The position numbers were made by a program, and so were the translations under genes. Below the pieces are notes generated by a model. It had not been told where the DNA came from and ran no database searches. It was given only the letters and a program-made list of their open reading frames with translations. Shown here one piece after another: positions 41,601 to 46,180 of a DNA stretch of 64,000 bases; the first letter of the stretch is position 1; each line of letters opens with the position of its first letter. Origin of the DNA: a virus. Location of the stretch: the IMG/VR virus record IMGVR_UViG_3300045988_125651, one strand, 5' to 3'.

Positions 41601-42206
41601 CCTTCGTCTTATCTCACCCTCAGCATTTCTACCAGCCTCTTGTCCAGCCTGTTCCATTCTACGCTCCAGTGACTTCTGTGCTCTTCTCACACCGCCTACC
41701 ATCTGTTTTACAGCACCCGGCTTTGTATAGTCTATAGGCATCTGCTCCTCGTCGCGCTTTCTAATCATATCAGCAGCGCGCAAGCCCTTCACTAGCTCGC
41801 TTTCCTTACCCGTAGTGCCACCGTTCCAATCATCCAATGTCACAGCATTCCTCTTCGGTGCTGAAACATTCTCAGATGTCGTAGTGTTCTCATGTGTTAC
41901 AACACCACCGCCCCACTTCTCTTGCGCCACACTCTGTTGCGCGCGTCCAAGTGCCGAGCTATTGGGTTTCCCCTTTCCTCTTGTTATCGTTCTTCCCGTA
42001 AACAGATGAGCACCAAAGTCACCAACACGACTCGCATCCTTTACGCTCACATCGCCTCTTCGCCCTGTCTTTCGGTCTATTACCTCCATTCGAGCACCAG
42101 GGAATGCTTTTGCAAATCCCATCGGGTCCTTGTCATACGCTGTCTTGTCTACCGTATGCCTGTTACCTTTCGCATCCTTGAAATAATAATATCTATTGTC
42201 TGCCAT
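26667..42206 (-). CDS. Giant multi-domain polyvalent protein (5,179 aa)
   Basis: A single uninterrupted ORF. It contains ParB-like, SF2 helicase, N6-adenine-type methyltransferase and HExxH motifs, plus Gly-rich and TM segments (listed as sub-features below). Confidence 0.85.
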   Translation of the reverse strand: MADNRYYYFKDAKGNRHTVDKTAYDKDPMGFAKAFPGARMEVIDRKTGRRGDVSVKDASRVGDFGAHLFTGRTITRGKGKPNSSALGRAQQSVAQEKWGGGVVTHENTTTSENVSAPKRNAVTLDDWNGGTTGKESELVKGLRAADMIRKRDEEQMPIDYTKPGAVKQMVGGVRRAQKSLERRMEQAGQEAGRNAEGEIRRRNAPAFDLGNEDVNNNIVKTRGQLEDELEESSRQLVDKQLGGYINNSIQKMFKDATVKGVAAEDALSKASPFAYMAAGKAYNEALDPDKLMNQLSKNAEKDMAGLFSDPKMQKEIAEKAASLGIDPEDYVKNYIAPGLQAKIAEEFEKSELSRNMPKSTAEYIIRGVNDSMIGTILSMGMMSKKQRQYAQQGMAMTDNGENPYVKPGMGARVARGTLGFGADGPVFGVLGKGGAWVAGKAFGNGVAQAARIANTSLAGRIGRMVGTGAVSQGVTGVLYGSTNAAVQNYSTGDDTSIGNTVKLMTMGGLSEGASWATMGGIGGAVGAGIYNVSGVKRIPAKVFQIAMEGWGMHVGGNVAKMIEGHDTDFWSVEGTLEACANVVALKLTHARLPKRQVNDGKKEGYLDMVARNIKNLMTSDGQRATFGGYVFTNEEKEQLFGSDKAPKREETLYGYDVHDNPLTRKESLTSWAMRTKKTAAKGKGEESYKDTDTEFVKTAYDEIMADETIPWDTKAKFSALVMGTVPSARPMMDHIAIERDERGAYVGEYSLYGELLSKNRYKTADEYVSIKYNLGAKKENQRLSNAYGAAQIKDEKAAQETLETVAETFGFTAEQLKAAMDKDPLKRSEEEQNACVALRKAYEGEQFPEGTLHPDQSQTEGKDVVEENNLGTENPNNEAVAEVLNNMNNAEKAFNAALESNDVLKQEYERLTKEGLSEPQIYMELINSGLTQEQLVPFADYINTKAKAVGMYRGTEQKIAETVQKHVEQWSYKGGLNGEKQEGGQMLFVKDNNGRLLIVGAGDVAFDNEGRARESVGDMLSVLDPNTKEMDFVSKKDVQLDHVEKTEDYAKAYQTKLEELNSGAYAESEKGKEKSEESDTKTESVVTPKEGASAPGVEDVKPIGEGEKKNPSDNGNGSNETLTFADGSPVPMMKDTKGRETADYSQMTPEHGAEWMSSQFGENAEAAVDGQIKRAEKMLKEAEMIKVDYTGDLNDAKEAEAQKAKAVDAAKAELELYTNIKKVMTANKVKAGMEKVGSVGEEGSVSEAGNLGAVREKFESGKRIVGNKRTRTLADGSKLRGHYEIVEADSLTPSHNANDGYKKSEGFPVNEEGRTINDRDYENDKQAQMVTDMIAMKYDGQAVDQVPVVTSDGIVVDGNGRTMAGQKAAKNGTDSAYLEALKENAENYGFTAEQIEQSGIKHPRLVLVSDEPMKYDTATFAKFNKNEKKSQGNTQQAVANSKKLSADEIGTIISEIEGSGSLDAFFNNPTAINSLLKRLIDKGVIGLNEIAGLREGEDKLSAAGKDFVKNLLLGSVFSENTIRMMGADAMLKTKALNGIRAVTDNMKLGDYALMKEIDQAVQLLYEARQGGSGVDAYLRTPAMFGENAADRFDPISQAIALALEGKAEDFRELMMAYNRNAAPYADANQMEMFGERPTNEEFIKEFLKLRNWKDYETRHSSKEGNGDAGSSEGTEPQAPGGDEPTEGQREVDKAEEEKSDKPHEASLALTEPVEPVEPTKPKGEEREGELPRTKEIEGDLAPQNKFKAYIESRDQGLKQVSPVAKALKEAVESGDKKRIKNAQKDLVEAILASPLGHGYLSSYLSICKNTKKNDKSYNVNKALIKPLTEVIKTIESALDSALKDAGLEGVHLSYGENGDGWIYADKNSPWYAQLKALDNDYRNISQIKENDPIAKLPQITLDNVADAARIIKSVIEEGERYNEYTEKEELNKEPLSILPKKEENTLNPIVKAAENYKKDHPLTEGEIRGSDVADKVLADWAKGANPLKSEKGKEKSEKSDTKVEGEEPPKTNPLAWLAHTAEMFKDEQIQKARKELTAAKESGDASDIKRATEKMKQAMETKLRGNGIGLVERRRIIGRELGKILGKEVGKAEAEKVNKPWEQMDLEEREAVSSKNPLTETEINELTSKENRELIPAALAYLRGDKGNIINAISYFKIWNDVRSRHENVPDNSGTKDGTQLDVPNTGGSQELGLGRGRKGGGPDGPVDRTDSERTTPGERESGTGGENDTPVSTGKPRVDKGEGNTPGMDAVSAGSTDTRGGGGAGNEGNVPKRGGQGGGNGPLDPNAGRKPAAKQGTHFPNSTSERLKQERAEYEQKKKDFWERWKKAGQGYVKIALTPFKKLNLSPEQIEMLPELFKMHLNGAVLKIKEGIYKFNEWKAAMRAEEGEELKMIGLSDDDVDRFIEDYWNTPYQMDGETHTIGEWAGIHGNEELRNKLSEPLNDKYQRQMDAEPIKVKIGDKKNIEETLPYLLPQQQEDVLKAETQFFGNEHADREHAYGKGYMFTNGTGTGKTFTGLGIAKRLVKQGKGRILIVTPSQKKVSDWIKDGRNLNMEIRDLDSIAKERGTTATTESGEGVVITTFANFGVNKKLLEENWDAVIYDESHRIMENKKGADTARSIQHYMVTNRDERHCFLRLQETNKDYQKMKSLGEQFDAEREKEVERIRKEYKVSHPSATASDVAYAIRRMLPKDIQSFREYADYPKLGKIHAEYVNAVRHYNSIVEPKLKAQAKAEWKDTKTIFLSATPFNTRENLDYVEGYIFKYPEVEKGGRISGRTQFYLDNFGSAYKFRYNRLEQSTSNPEAVAKQEIAFSDYLQDTLGTMSGRIIDSPYDYSRDFPTVSPDHAEQFNQAVQDAVRGHGVLADAYRRTIGDYNYGSALFETMKVANIIERIKAHLDAGRKVVIFHRRVETKEPLKPPFALMLEQANHLVSIMSEGKDKKEAAQAVRDFRKKYADLLKWEQTLDYSMPREQIAKVFGKDNVLFFSGKESSKVKDKAVDIFNDDNSGKNIIVIQEASGKEGISLHDKTGEHQRVCITLALPQSPITALQIEGRTYRIGNKSNAIFEYPILGLNSEMMLFGQKFNNQVSTTENLALGSQARSLRDSFANGILEHSGVVPIDQQGVGGKEFDAPKDQSTDGFDNAVLDYYSNQKLNSRNREGVDYFPTPEPLGYKMMEWANMGEGDTVMEPSAGHGAIARYAPKGNQMVAIEPSQSLFAKLQLKAGGLGRKFVNTIFENYDISNKHDVVVMNPPFGTAGATAIAHLGKAFKHLEEGGRVVAIIPRGSTDKKFEKWINGEKTAVMRAEVELPDIVFKQAGTNVVCRVVVVDKISNEAMRAKAGSVEKVNLGGHYDKIEDFFEDLRDIEMPDRIIDTNTIMQKKSKQTAKDLKELKDVTVNLNEHGINVHVRGDRNDYSIMFDLGEYNAEQRKSILSGTYERFEEYERYTRDETSQAVIAELKKLTCKLAGMTEEEMQRYLKKQNDGKGVMYRMEHAAEVYGKANAHYRMELGDTFSDSKEHFDAVRDRAVEEKGIVMPNLNKEKVKVVEVEKSPFGDNIETSLKNAREWAKENLVTTGKTEMPIMRDGTSYTISKRAVEKYLSESAVRKSENLDIHLSVLPKLTDVIHESIEAEIHADYNVKDETGKRKAELGYGNNILVHRLYGAVEMDGKIYRVKTTMQEFRGGEENKPHSYEVTKIELLDSPGKRENPDRPPSDASNNSIDNKIELPDAPGTAVLPDSSPLDTTPSNSKNITSEGSEKANESDSLPLNSTTNGYISTAKLLQGVEKSYDSGKKLLDESKNLTDGETFFRKEGDGVVTPEKTSGTSNAVSERIIKTVEKVAKRTGGKVKMVNSVEEIENPKVRKDIENGKQVTGWYDEKTGEVHLYMPNIHDSYTAEKTVWHETVGHKGMRGLLGDKFNDYMRSLWMDLDNPINAELRAYVKEKMNMNHLGFYDAIEEFIAKSAEDGKGEPGFWNYIKNKVTDALHEIGYRVSPNVKDVKYMLWLAKNVQKHGDSPLWKMRAEAVRWKIEHEKTLSVVEENGMMYDNNGKKHGLLDLNKKDFDEATDGHVHYRTSPMTASKIEEYNRRLSTKWYAFKESTVDDMQSLQEAMQIISGVKDAYADIPSAFNPLQCHNRMGSMVMQMCERYDREYTEPLGDAFKKVVSAMPGKDGAEQTRNANLYFIKKHGLERNRVLFVRDKIREERKVKSEESDSIDALETAWKGERSDLRQKLDSGQIDLREYYRQMDEWIVQNLDKDFKAEEHDYSGMHGIYDVKKGEEYDDANVIDEVMSTESQLGADLVKSFWDAKKKATDFTIDQVYANGFMDKNGRDHLKEMFDWYVPLRKFDDTVAEDVYGYISGSDTKNYIGSVIEKARGRESLSDVNVLAQISALAKSSILNGGKNVEKQHFMRFVEAYEKGDAKDRIFVEIQPWVEKHTVDGNEVWEEVMPNIPENSTQEQINDILNTFEDTMKAKQAHGEAKIARRKSDIGYKFERSSDMNQHIVNVYVNGRVRRFVCQGNPRAAQAINGLLRDSGTQHWATEQSAKLNRYCAQLNTSLNPDFVSSNLVRDLTAGSANLVVKEGMGYTWDFCMEYAKNWGSMVRRKDGGFDGGYLGMFRRYKDGRLDANNQKERWFKEFMDNGGETGFVSLKKYEDIIKEYENLVKTGNKEGDRWLMKKLKEGGAFIELANEVVENVARYSTYCVSRKRGRSIGKSIYDAKEVSSNFNRHGSGDAIKSLKTGYDGKTDTAFRKPVGWFNSWMKNHTMFYNAGVQGANLFAKNLYNNTKTTAIAFGAMPFGLSLAVALFNLWRIGREDEKKRNGVKNPYAELPEWKRRNNICIYWGGGKFKTIPMGIELRAFYGLGDIAAGYVVDESLKSDVQIGWDIIGQMAQLVPASDFLGHHSPSSGIKELGEDVALSVIPTIAKPEFELAFNRDWTGRPIYRDKDYLDKAPRWKRAYDSTNDVYMTINKWANKTFNGIDSTNEDLKGSGMMADAVDFFTAPYGLQHIVEGYTGGTGATIGRMYQTGKSFAKGVVSGIKDDKGFAEGFNKEWDKVDPNTIPFYRVFNYTPKEGNDMQRTKSKWYNYADELERLKYNMQQMKTNTPDTAKNIHNAATKFKLSQSKDGRKLKIYEAADRYIAAKRRILKRAKDKAVVEAVNEAINRKMQEAVEDLDRIE
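27770..27845 (-). other. TM helix in the C-terminal part of the giant protein
   Basis: TTAIAFGAMPFGLSLAVALFNLWRIG. Confidence 0.6.
30486..30503 (-). other. Zincin HExxH motif of the giant protein
   Basis: WHETVGHKG (codons CAC GAG ACC GTA GGA CAC). Confidence 0.55.
32215..32725 (-). other. N6-adenine-type DNA methyltransferase domain of the giant protein
   Basis: VMEPSAGHGAI (SAM-binding motif I) and VVMNPPFG (motif IV; NPPF codons at 32445-32456). Confidence 0.75.
32990..34760 (-). other. SF2 (SNF2/DExH-like) helicase domain of the giant protein
   Basis: FTNGTGTGKTFTG (Walker A), VIYDESHRI (DExH) and QIEGRTYRIGN (motif VI). Confidence 0.75.
35282..35725 (-). CDS. Candidate overlapping gene in the +1 frame of the giant ORF (147 aa)
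   Basis: ATG-initiated ORF with a globular-looking acidic helical translation. It overlaps a Gly/Arg/Asp-rich linker of the host frame. The local T-poor composition could also explain the open frame. Confidence 0.3.
   Translation of the reverse strand: MLEVDMRMFPIIAEQKTEHSWMFPILEAAKNWDWDEDEKAEDLMDQWIEQTANELHPESERAERAVRTTLLYLLENRALTKVKEIHPEWMPYLPEVLTPEEAVELAMREMYLSEEDKAAAMDLLTRMQDGSLQPSKELISQIVHLSD
36201..36243. repeat. Copy A of a 42-bp direct repeat inside the giant ORF
   Basis: CTTAGTATCGGATTTTTCACTTTTCTCTTTTCCCTTTTCACT. It encodes SEKGKEKSEKSDTK. Confidence 0.85.
37985..38375 (-). other. ParB/Srx-like nuclease-fold segment of the giant protein
   Basis: GHYEIVEADSLTPSHNANDG ... VVDGNGRTMAG resembles the ParB DGxxR core. 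Confidence 0.5.
38964..39005. repeat. Copy B of the 42-bp direct repeat inside the giant ORF
   Basis: Identical to copy A except for one T/C difference. It lies 2,763 bp (921 codons) from copy A. Confidence 0.85.
40600..40990 (-). other. Gly-rich hydrophobic (glycine-zipper-like) segment of the giant protein
   Basis: GFGADGPVFGVLGKGGAWVAGKAFGNG ... MGGIGGAVGAGIYNVSG. Confidence 0.5.
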
Positions 42207-42237
42207 ATTTATTTATCGTGTTTTTATCTTTTTATGT

Positions 42238-43680
42238 CTACTTCACATACTGACTCCAGTTCGTTCCTTTACCAGTAGATGTACCACCTTTGGCTTGTGC
42301 CTTCGGCTTACTGCCAGAGCCTTGCCATCTTATAGGATTGGCGCCCTTGCGCTGTTCCCTAATCTGTTTAGCCTGACTCTTCGATACGGTCTTCGTCACA
42401 TTGCGCACCTTCTTCTTACCCGAAGTATTCACGCCACGCTGGGCTGTATTGCTCGTTCTCACGTCTGTATAGCCAAATCCGTCCCTGAACGTCTTCCTAA
42501 GCGACTCGCCACGGCTTGAAGCGTCAAGCAAGCCATAACTTATAGCATCCTGAATAATCTGACGTGCTCGATTTGAACTTGGACTCACCATCTTGCCGTC
42601 ACTTCCCTCATATCCATTCATGGCACGGTCAAGCTCCCTCTGCTTCTGAGGAGTAATCATTCCAAGGTTACGCATCTCGTTCCAAGCCTGTGCCTCTTGC
42701 TGTGGAGTAAGCTCGTTCTTGCTTGCCAATCTTCCGTAAGGTGTAGCATAGCCGTAACCTCCATTTGCACCTCCAGAACCCTTAGCTCCGCTTCCGCTAC
42801 CACCTCTTGCAGCCCTCGATTGTGCCAAGGCAAGTATGCTCGCACTTGGTCTTTCAGTAGCTTGGTTGTGGCGTTTGGTTTCGTCTAACTTCTCACCTGC
42901 CAACTTCAAGTTGCCTTCTTGTACCCCAAGCAAACCATCGCGATATGCCTTCAAGTCCTTAGCGTTCTGGTCTGCTCTCTTGTCAGCACTTTTCTTAAGC
43001 TCAACCATCTGCCCTTTATAAGCTCTGTCTGCATCTGCTGCATCCATCTTTATCTGCAAGTTGGCATTCTTATACGCAGCGTCAGCCTCAGCAGCAGCTT
43101 TTCTCGCACGTTCTGCCTTTCTCTTGTCAAGGTCTGCTTGCATCTCAGCAGTCGGACTATTAAACTTCTGTAGCGCAGCTCCCTTGGAAGTATTATAGAT
43201 GTTCCCCATGTGTCGTATTGCGTCAGCTAAAGTGGCTATGCGCATATTGTTTCTCGTCATGCGCTCGTCATAATCATCATCACTCTCGCCCTCACGCCTT
43301 CCTGGTCGCTTCTTCGACAATCCGCCAAGCCACTTAAAGAAACCACCATCCCTTTGACTATCGTCCTTCTCAAACACAGGAGCCGAAGGAGCTTCACCAC
43401 CCAAAGGCTTAGAGTTAAGAGCGTAAGCGGCTGGCATACTTCCCTCCATATTACTTGGGTTTGATGTCTGCCACGATTGCTGAGCATTGCTGCCCTCATT
43501 CACTGGCTTACCGTAAGGTGACCATCCTACAGTAACTGGCATATTCTCAAACGTAGTAGGTCGTTTACCGCTAAACACATTAGCTGGTTGCTGAGGCTGT
43601 GCCAAAACACCAGGAGCCACAACACCAGGCTGTGTTACAACACCCTCCCTCTTCTCCTTATCGTCCAATACTGTGTTCAT
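42238..43680 (-). CDS. Low-complexity basic/coiled-coil protein, possibly an internal virion or ejection protein
   Basis: 480 aa, directly upstream of the giant ORF in the same operon. Confidence 0.4.
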   Translation of the reverse strand: MNTVLDDKEKREGVVTQPGVVAPGVLAQPQQPANVFSGKRPTTFENMPVTVGWSPYGKPVNEGSNAQQSWQTSNPSNMEGSMPAAYALNSKPLGGEAPSAPVFEKDDSQRDGGFFKWLGGLSKKRPGRREGESDDDYDERMTRNNMRIATLADAIRHMGNIYNTSKGAALQKFNSPTAEMQADLDKRKAERARKAAAEADAAYKNANLQIKMDAADADRAYKGQMVELKKSADKRADQNAKDLKAYRDGLLGVQEGNLKLAGEKLDETKRHNQATERPSASILALAQSRAARGGSGSGAKGSGGANGGYGYATPYGRLASKNELTPQQEAQAWNEMRNLGMITPQKQRELDRAMNGYEGSDGKMVSPSSNRARQIIQDAISYGLLDASSRGESLRKTFRDGFGYTDVRTSNTAQRGVNTSGKKKVRNVTKTVSKSQAKQIREQRKGANPIRWQGSGSKPKAQAKGGTSTGKGTNWSQYVK

Positions 43681-44149
43681 AATCCTCCACGTTTTTCTTC
43701 AACAAGTCAAACGCCTGACCAAGGGTATTGACAAACTTCTCTGCCTTTTCCCTACGCTTGTACTGAAATTCTATCTCCTTGTTCAGTACAGCAATCACCT
43801 CGCACTTCTCTGACATGCGCTTAGCGTTCTTCTTCTTTATCCTCTCTATCACCTTGTCCTTATACGCCAAAGCATTCTCGGCCGACTTCAAGCAAGCGGC
43901 AAGATTGTCACGCTCGGCACACAAGCCGTCAAAATGCGCAGCAAGGCTCTTATAATCCTCTTGAAGTTTCTCCAACGCCAAGTGATAACGCTCTGCAAGC
44001 TCCTCATTCATCTTCAACGACTTCTCCAATATCTTTATCTTCTTTGCTTGCTCGTCAACAACAGAATCCTTCAACAAACCCGCAGCCTCCATCACACGAT
44101 CAACGTCTACACCTTTCTTCGCGTTTATATCAATCTTTTTCTTTCCCAT
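43658..44149 (-). CDS. Coiled-coil protein
   Basis: 163 aa with heptad-rich sequence, in the same operon. Confidence 0.4.
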   Translation of the reverse strand: MGKKKIDINAKKGVDVDRVMEAAGLLKDSVVDEQAKKIKILEKSLKMNEELAERYHLALEKLQEDYKSLAAHFDGLCAERDNLAACLKSAENALAYKDKVIERIKKKNAKRMSEKCEVIAVLNKEIEFQYKRREKAEKFVNTLGQAFDLLKKNVEDYEHSIGR

Positions 44150-44194
44150 AGTATAATCTTTTTTATTATTTTCCTACATGCGTTACAACGCTTC

Positions 44195-44869
44195 CTACAC
44201 TCCAGTCACATTCTTCAACAACTTATCGCCAAAGTAGTCACTCGCTGTCTTTTCTCCAGCAACACCAGATGCACCTACATCTGTTTTACCTTTCCCCGGA
44301 CCATCCAACGCCGATGCTGCACTCATCATCGCATTACTCATATTCTGAGCGGCTGCAGCCGTAGTCTCTGCCTGCTGATTATAAATATCCTCTCTCTGCT
44401 TAGAAAGACTCTGCTCGTTCCTCATGTGCTGATCCGAAACACTCGCCTTTCTCGCTGTGTCATTGGCGCCAATATTCGCAATAGTATTACCCATCGTCCT
44501 ATTTGCTGCCTCCTTTGCCATAGCTGTACTCGCGGCTGTTCCACCGCCAACTGCTGCAGCTCCATCCGCCTTACGAATGTAATTGTCCTGAACCTCCTGA
44601 GCCCTACGCATCAAGTTCTGACCAGCCTTTGTATCCAGGTAGTCCGTATTATACTCCTTGTCATACCAAGCCTTCTCCGCATTCGTGCGATATTTCTGCT
44701 CGGCCAATGCTCTCTTGGCTGCCTTACGCGACTTAAGACCTCCAAACAACGAACTACCTACACTCAAACCTAAACTGGCTGCACCAAGCAAACCTATCAT
44801 CGGATTATTCGCACCCGACAACTCATTAAAGCCTAATGGCAACCTAAAGAATCTGCAAATGTCTGTCAT
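44195..44869 (-). CDS. Ala/Gly/Asn-rich protein with hydrophobic N-terminus, possibly an ejection or pilot protein
   Basis: GLLGAASLGLSVGSSLFGG followed by a low-complexity helical region. First gene of the operon. Confidence 0.4.
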   Translation of the reverse strand: MTDICRFFRLPLGFNELSGANNPMIGLLGAASLGLSVGSSLFGGLKSRKAAKRALAEQKYRTNAEKAWYDKEYNTDYLDTKAGQNLMRRAQEVQDNYIRKADGAAAVGGGTAASTAMAKEAANRTMGNTIANIGANDTARKASVSDQHMRNEQSLSKQREDIYNQQAETTAAAAQNMSNAMMSAASALDGPGKGKTDVGASGVAGEKTASDYFGDKLLKNVTGV

Positions 44870-44898
44870 ATCTACTGTATTTTTTAATAACCATAACT

Positions 44899-45051
44899 AA
44901 CATCCTTTCTCTCCAGTACCTTTTCCAGGAAATATACTAACGACCTCCTTTCTGTGGAGTACCTTTTCTGGGGAAAATGATGATGACCTCCTTTGAGAAC
45001 AGTACCTTTTTATACCTATGCTTTTATCTACTATAATTCGCAGCCAGTACC
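44899..45051. repeat. Three about 28-bp direct repeats at 43-bp phasing, plus a fourth half-site
   Basis: CCTTTC(N5-6)AGTACCTTTT at 44904, 44947 and 44990. AGTACC at 44915, 44958, 45001 and 45046. Confidence 0.8.
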
Positions 45052-45060
45052 TAAGCCCCC

Positions 45061-45330
45061 ACCCCCTTTGGGTCGTTCATCATCCACCTATGCCTCATCG
45101 CTTCCTTATCCTCGCCATCATGCTCTAACCTCTCCAACACGCCAACGCTCCAATCTATCCTCCCATATCACCCACCATGCCACATACCACTCATGCCATT
45201 ATCGCCACCCCTCCACATCATCAAGAGCAATCATCTTTCCCTCGTATTACCTACCATGCGTCTACCAAAGCCACTTTACAACCTCATAACTCCCTATCTA
45301 TCAGCCATTTACCCCTTTGGACTATGACCC
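45061..45330. other. G-depleted, C-rich noncoding tract
   Basis: By hand count, about 19 G in 240 nt (45061-45300). The ORFs on the track here translate to low-complexity P/S/T/H strings. Confidence 0.7.
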
Positions 45331-45489
45331 CGCAAGGGTCATGTCAAGTAACACAACATTTGGAAGTCGAAAAAGGCAAGGACAGAAAGCCAAAGAGCGC
45401 ATCCAAGAACCATAAAGCCATTACAACAAGCCAAAAGCCACAAAAAAGCCATAGAAGTCCTTAGTAACGTCAAATTTAAGGAGAAAAGC

Positions 45490-45511
45490 AACACGTTTTG
45501 CCGTGTTTCGT
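45490..45511. promoter_or_regulatory. AACACG-N6-CCGTGTTTCGT motif (second copy of the late-region motif)
   Basis: CCGTGTTTCGT at 45501-45511 is identical to the left arm of the 18785-18825 palindrome. Confidence 0.45.
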
Positions 45512-45891
45512 TCCGTGACAATATTTGCATTTTTCACGCCAACCTCTTTGTCGGGGCTTTTACCTAAAAAATCCGACATTTAGAACAACCAAAACGGTCT
45601 AAACCCCGTGATTTTTGAGACCAAGGGTAGCAGTAAAGTGAAATATAGAACAATCAAAAAACATAGAGATGTACGCACGAGAAAGCCAATATTTGCTCAA
45701 AATTTCACTCTAAATAGAAGGATAGAACAAAAGGAAACTTGCCAAATATCGTAAAAACGCCAAATCAAGCGGAAAAACACGCAAAAACAACCTCAAAACA
45801 CCAAACAAGCCAATCCGACTTGCACGAAAAAAGGCTGCAAACGCACAAATCACGCTTACAGCCTATCAAAAGGACTCTTGTCCAGGTATTC

Positions 45892-45927
45892 TACTCTCTT
45901 AGCTCTTCTATAGCTAATAGGAGAGTA
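45892..45927 (+). terminator. Imperfect hairpin followed by a T-rich run
   Basis: TACTCTC+TTAGCT / AGCTAA+GAGAGTA, then GTTTTCTCTTT. Confidence 0.35.
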
Positions 45928-45999
45928 ATGAGGGTGTTTTCTCTTTATGTAGAGTGTTGTATGGGTGTATTGGAGAATGAGGGAACAAGGGGAAGATAA

Positions 46000-46016
46000 G
46001 GGGGCGTGCCGCCCCC
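46000..46016. terminator. GC-rich mini-hairpin (family member A)
   Basis: GGGGGCG-tgc-CGCCCCC, 42 nt downstream of the minus-strand stop at 46058. Confidence 0.5.
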
Positions 46017-46057
46017 AAGGGCTGACGCCCTCCCCTCCGCTGCGCCTTGAATGGACG

Positions 46058-46180
46058 TTACAAATATTTCCACAACGTGTCGACTGCCCATTTGCCAAAC
46101 ATATACATAACGACAAAGGATACGGCTGAAACGATGAATACCACGGCACGTATCAATAGTTCTGTTACTTTCTTTTTCAT
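46058..46180 (-). CDS. 40-aa single-TM peptide coupled to the repressor gene
   Basis: MKKKVTELLIRAVVFIVSAVSFVVMYMFGKWAVDTLWKYL. Its ATG overlaps the repressor TGA (ATGA at 46177-46180). It is below the track's size cutoff. Confidence 0.5.
   Translation of the reverse strand: MKKKVTELLIRAVVFIVSAVSFVVMYMFGKWAVDTLWKYL

Noticed and set aside
26865-42009. Many long plus-strand ORFs antisense to the giant gene (for example 33753..34802 at 349 aa, 40005..40739, 30114..30803, 26865..27515).
   Set aside because: Their translations are Leu/Ser/His/Cys/Val-rich with no motifs or start context. Long antisense ORFs are expected opposite a long gene with biased codon usage.
44899-45012. AAAGGAGG elements (minus strand) within the 43-bp repeats, considered as ribosome-binding sites of hidden minigenes.
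   Set aside because: No ATG, GTG or TTG lies at a sensible distance downstream of any copy. I interpret them as part of a DNA or RNA repeat instead.
44993-45464. ORFs of 98 and 95 aa in the G-depleted tract.
   Set aside because: Their P/S/T/H/Y-rich low-complexity translations are a by-product of C/A-rich DNA. They have no start context.
45739-46149. ORFs 45739..45999 (+) and 45856..46149 (-).
   Set aside because: Both have poor composition. The minus-strand ORF is out of frame with the much better supported 40-aa ORF and spans the terminator hairpin.
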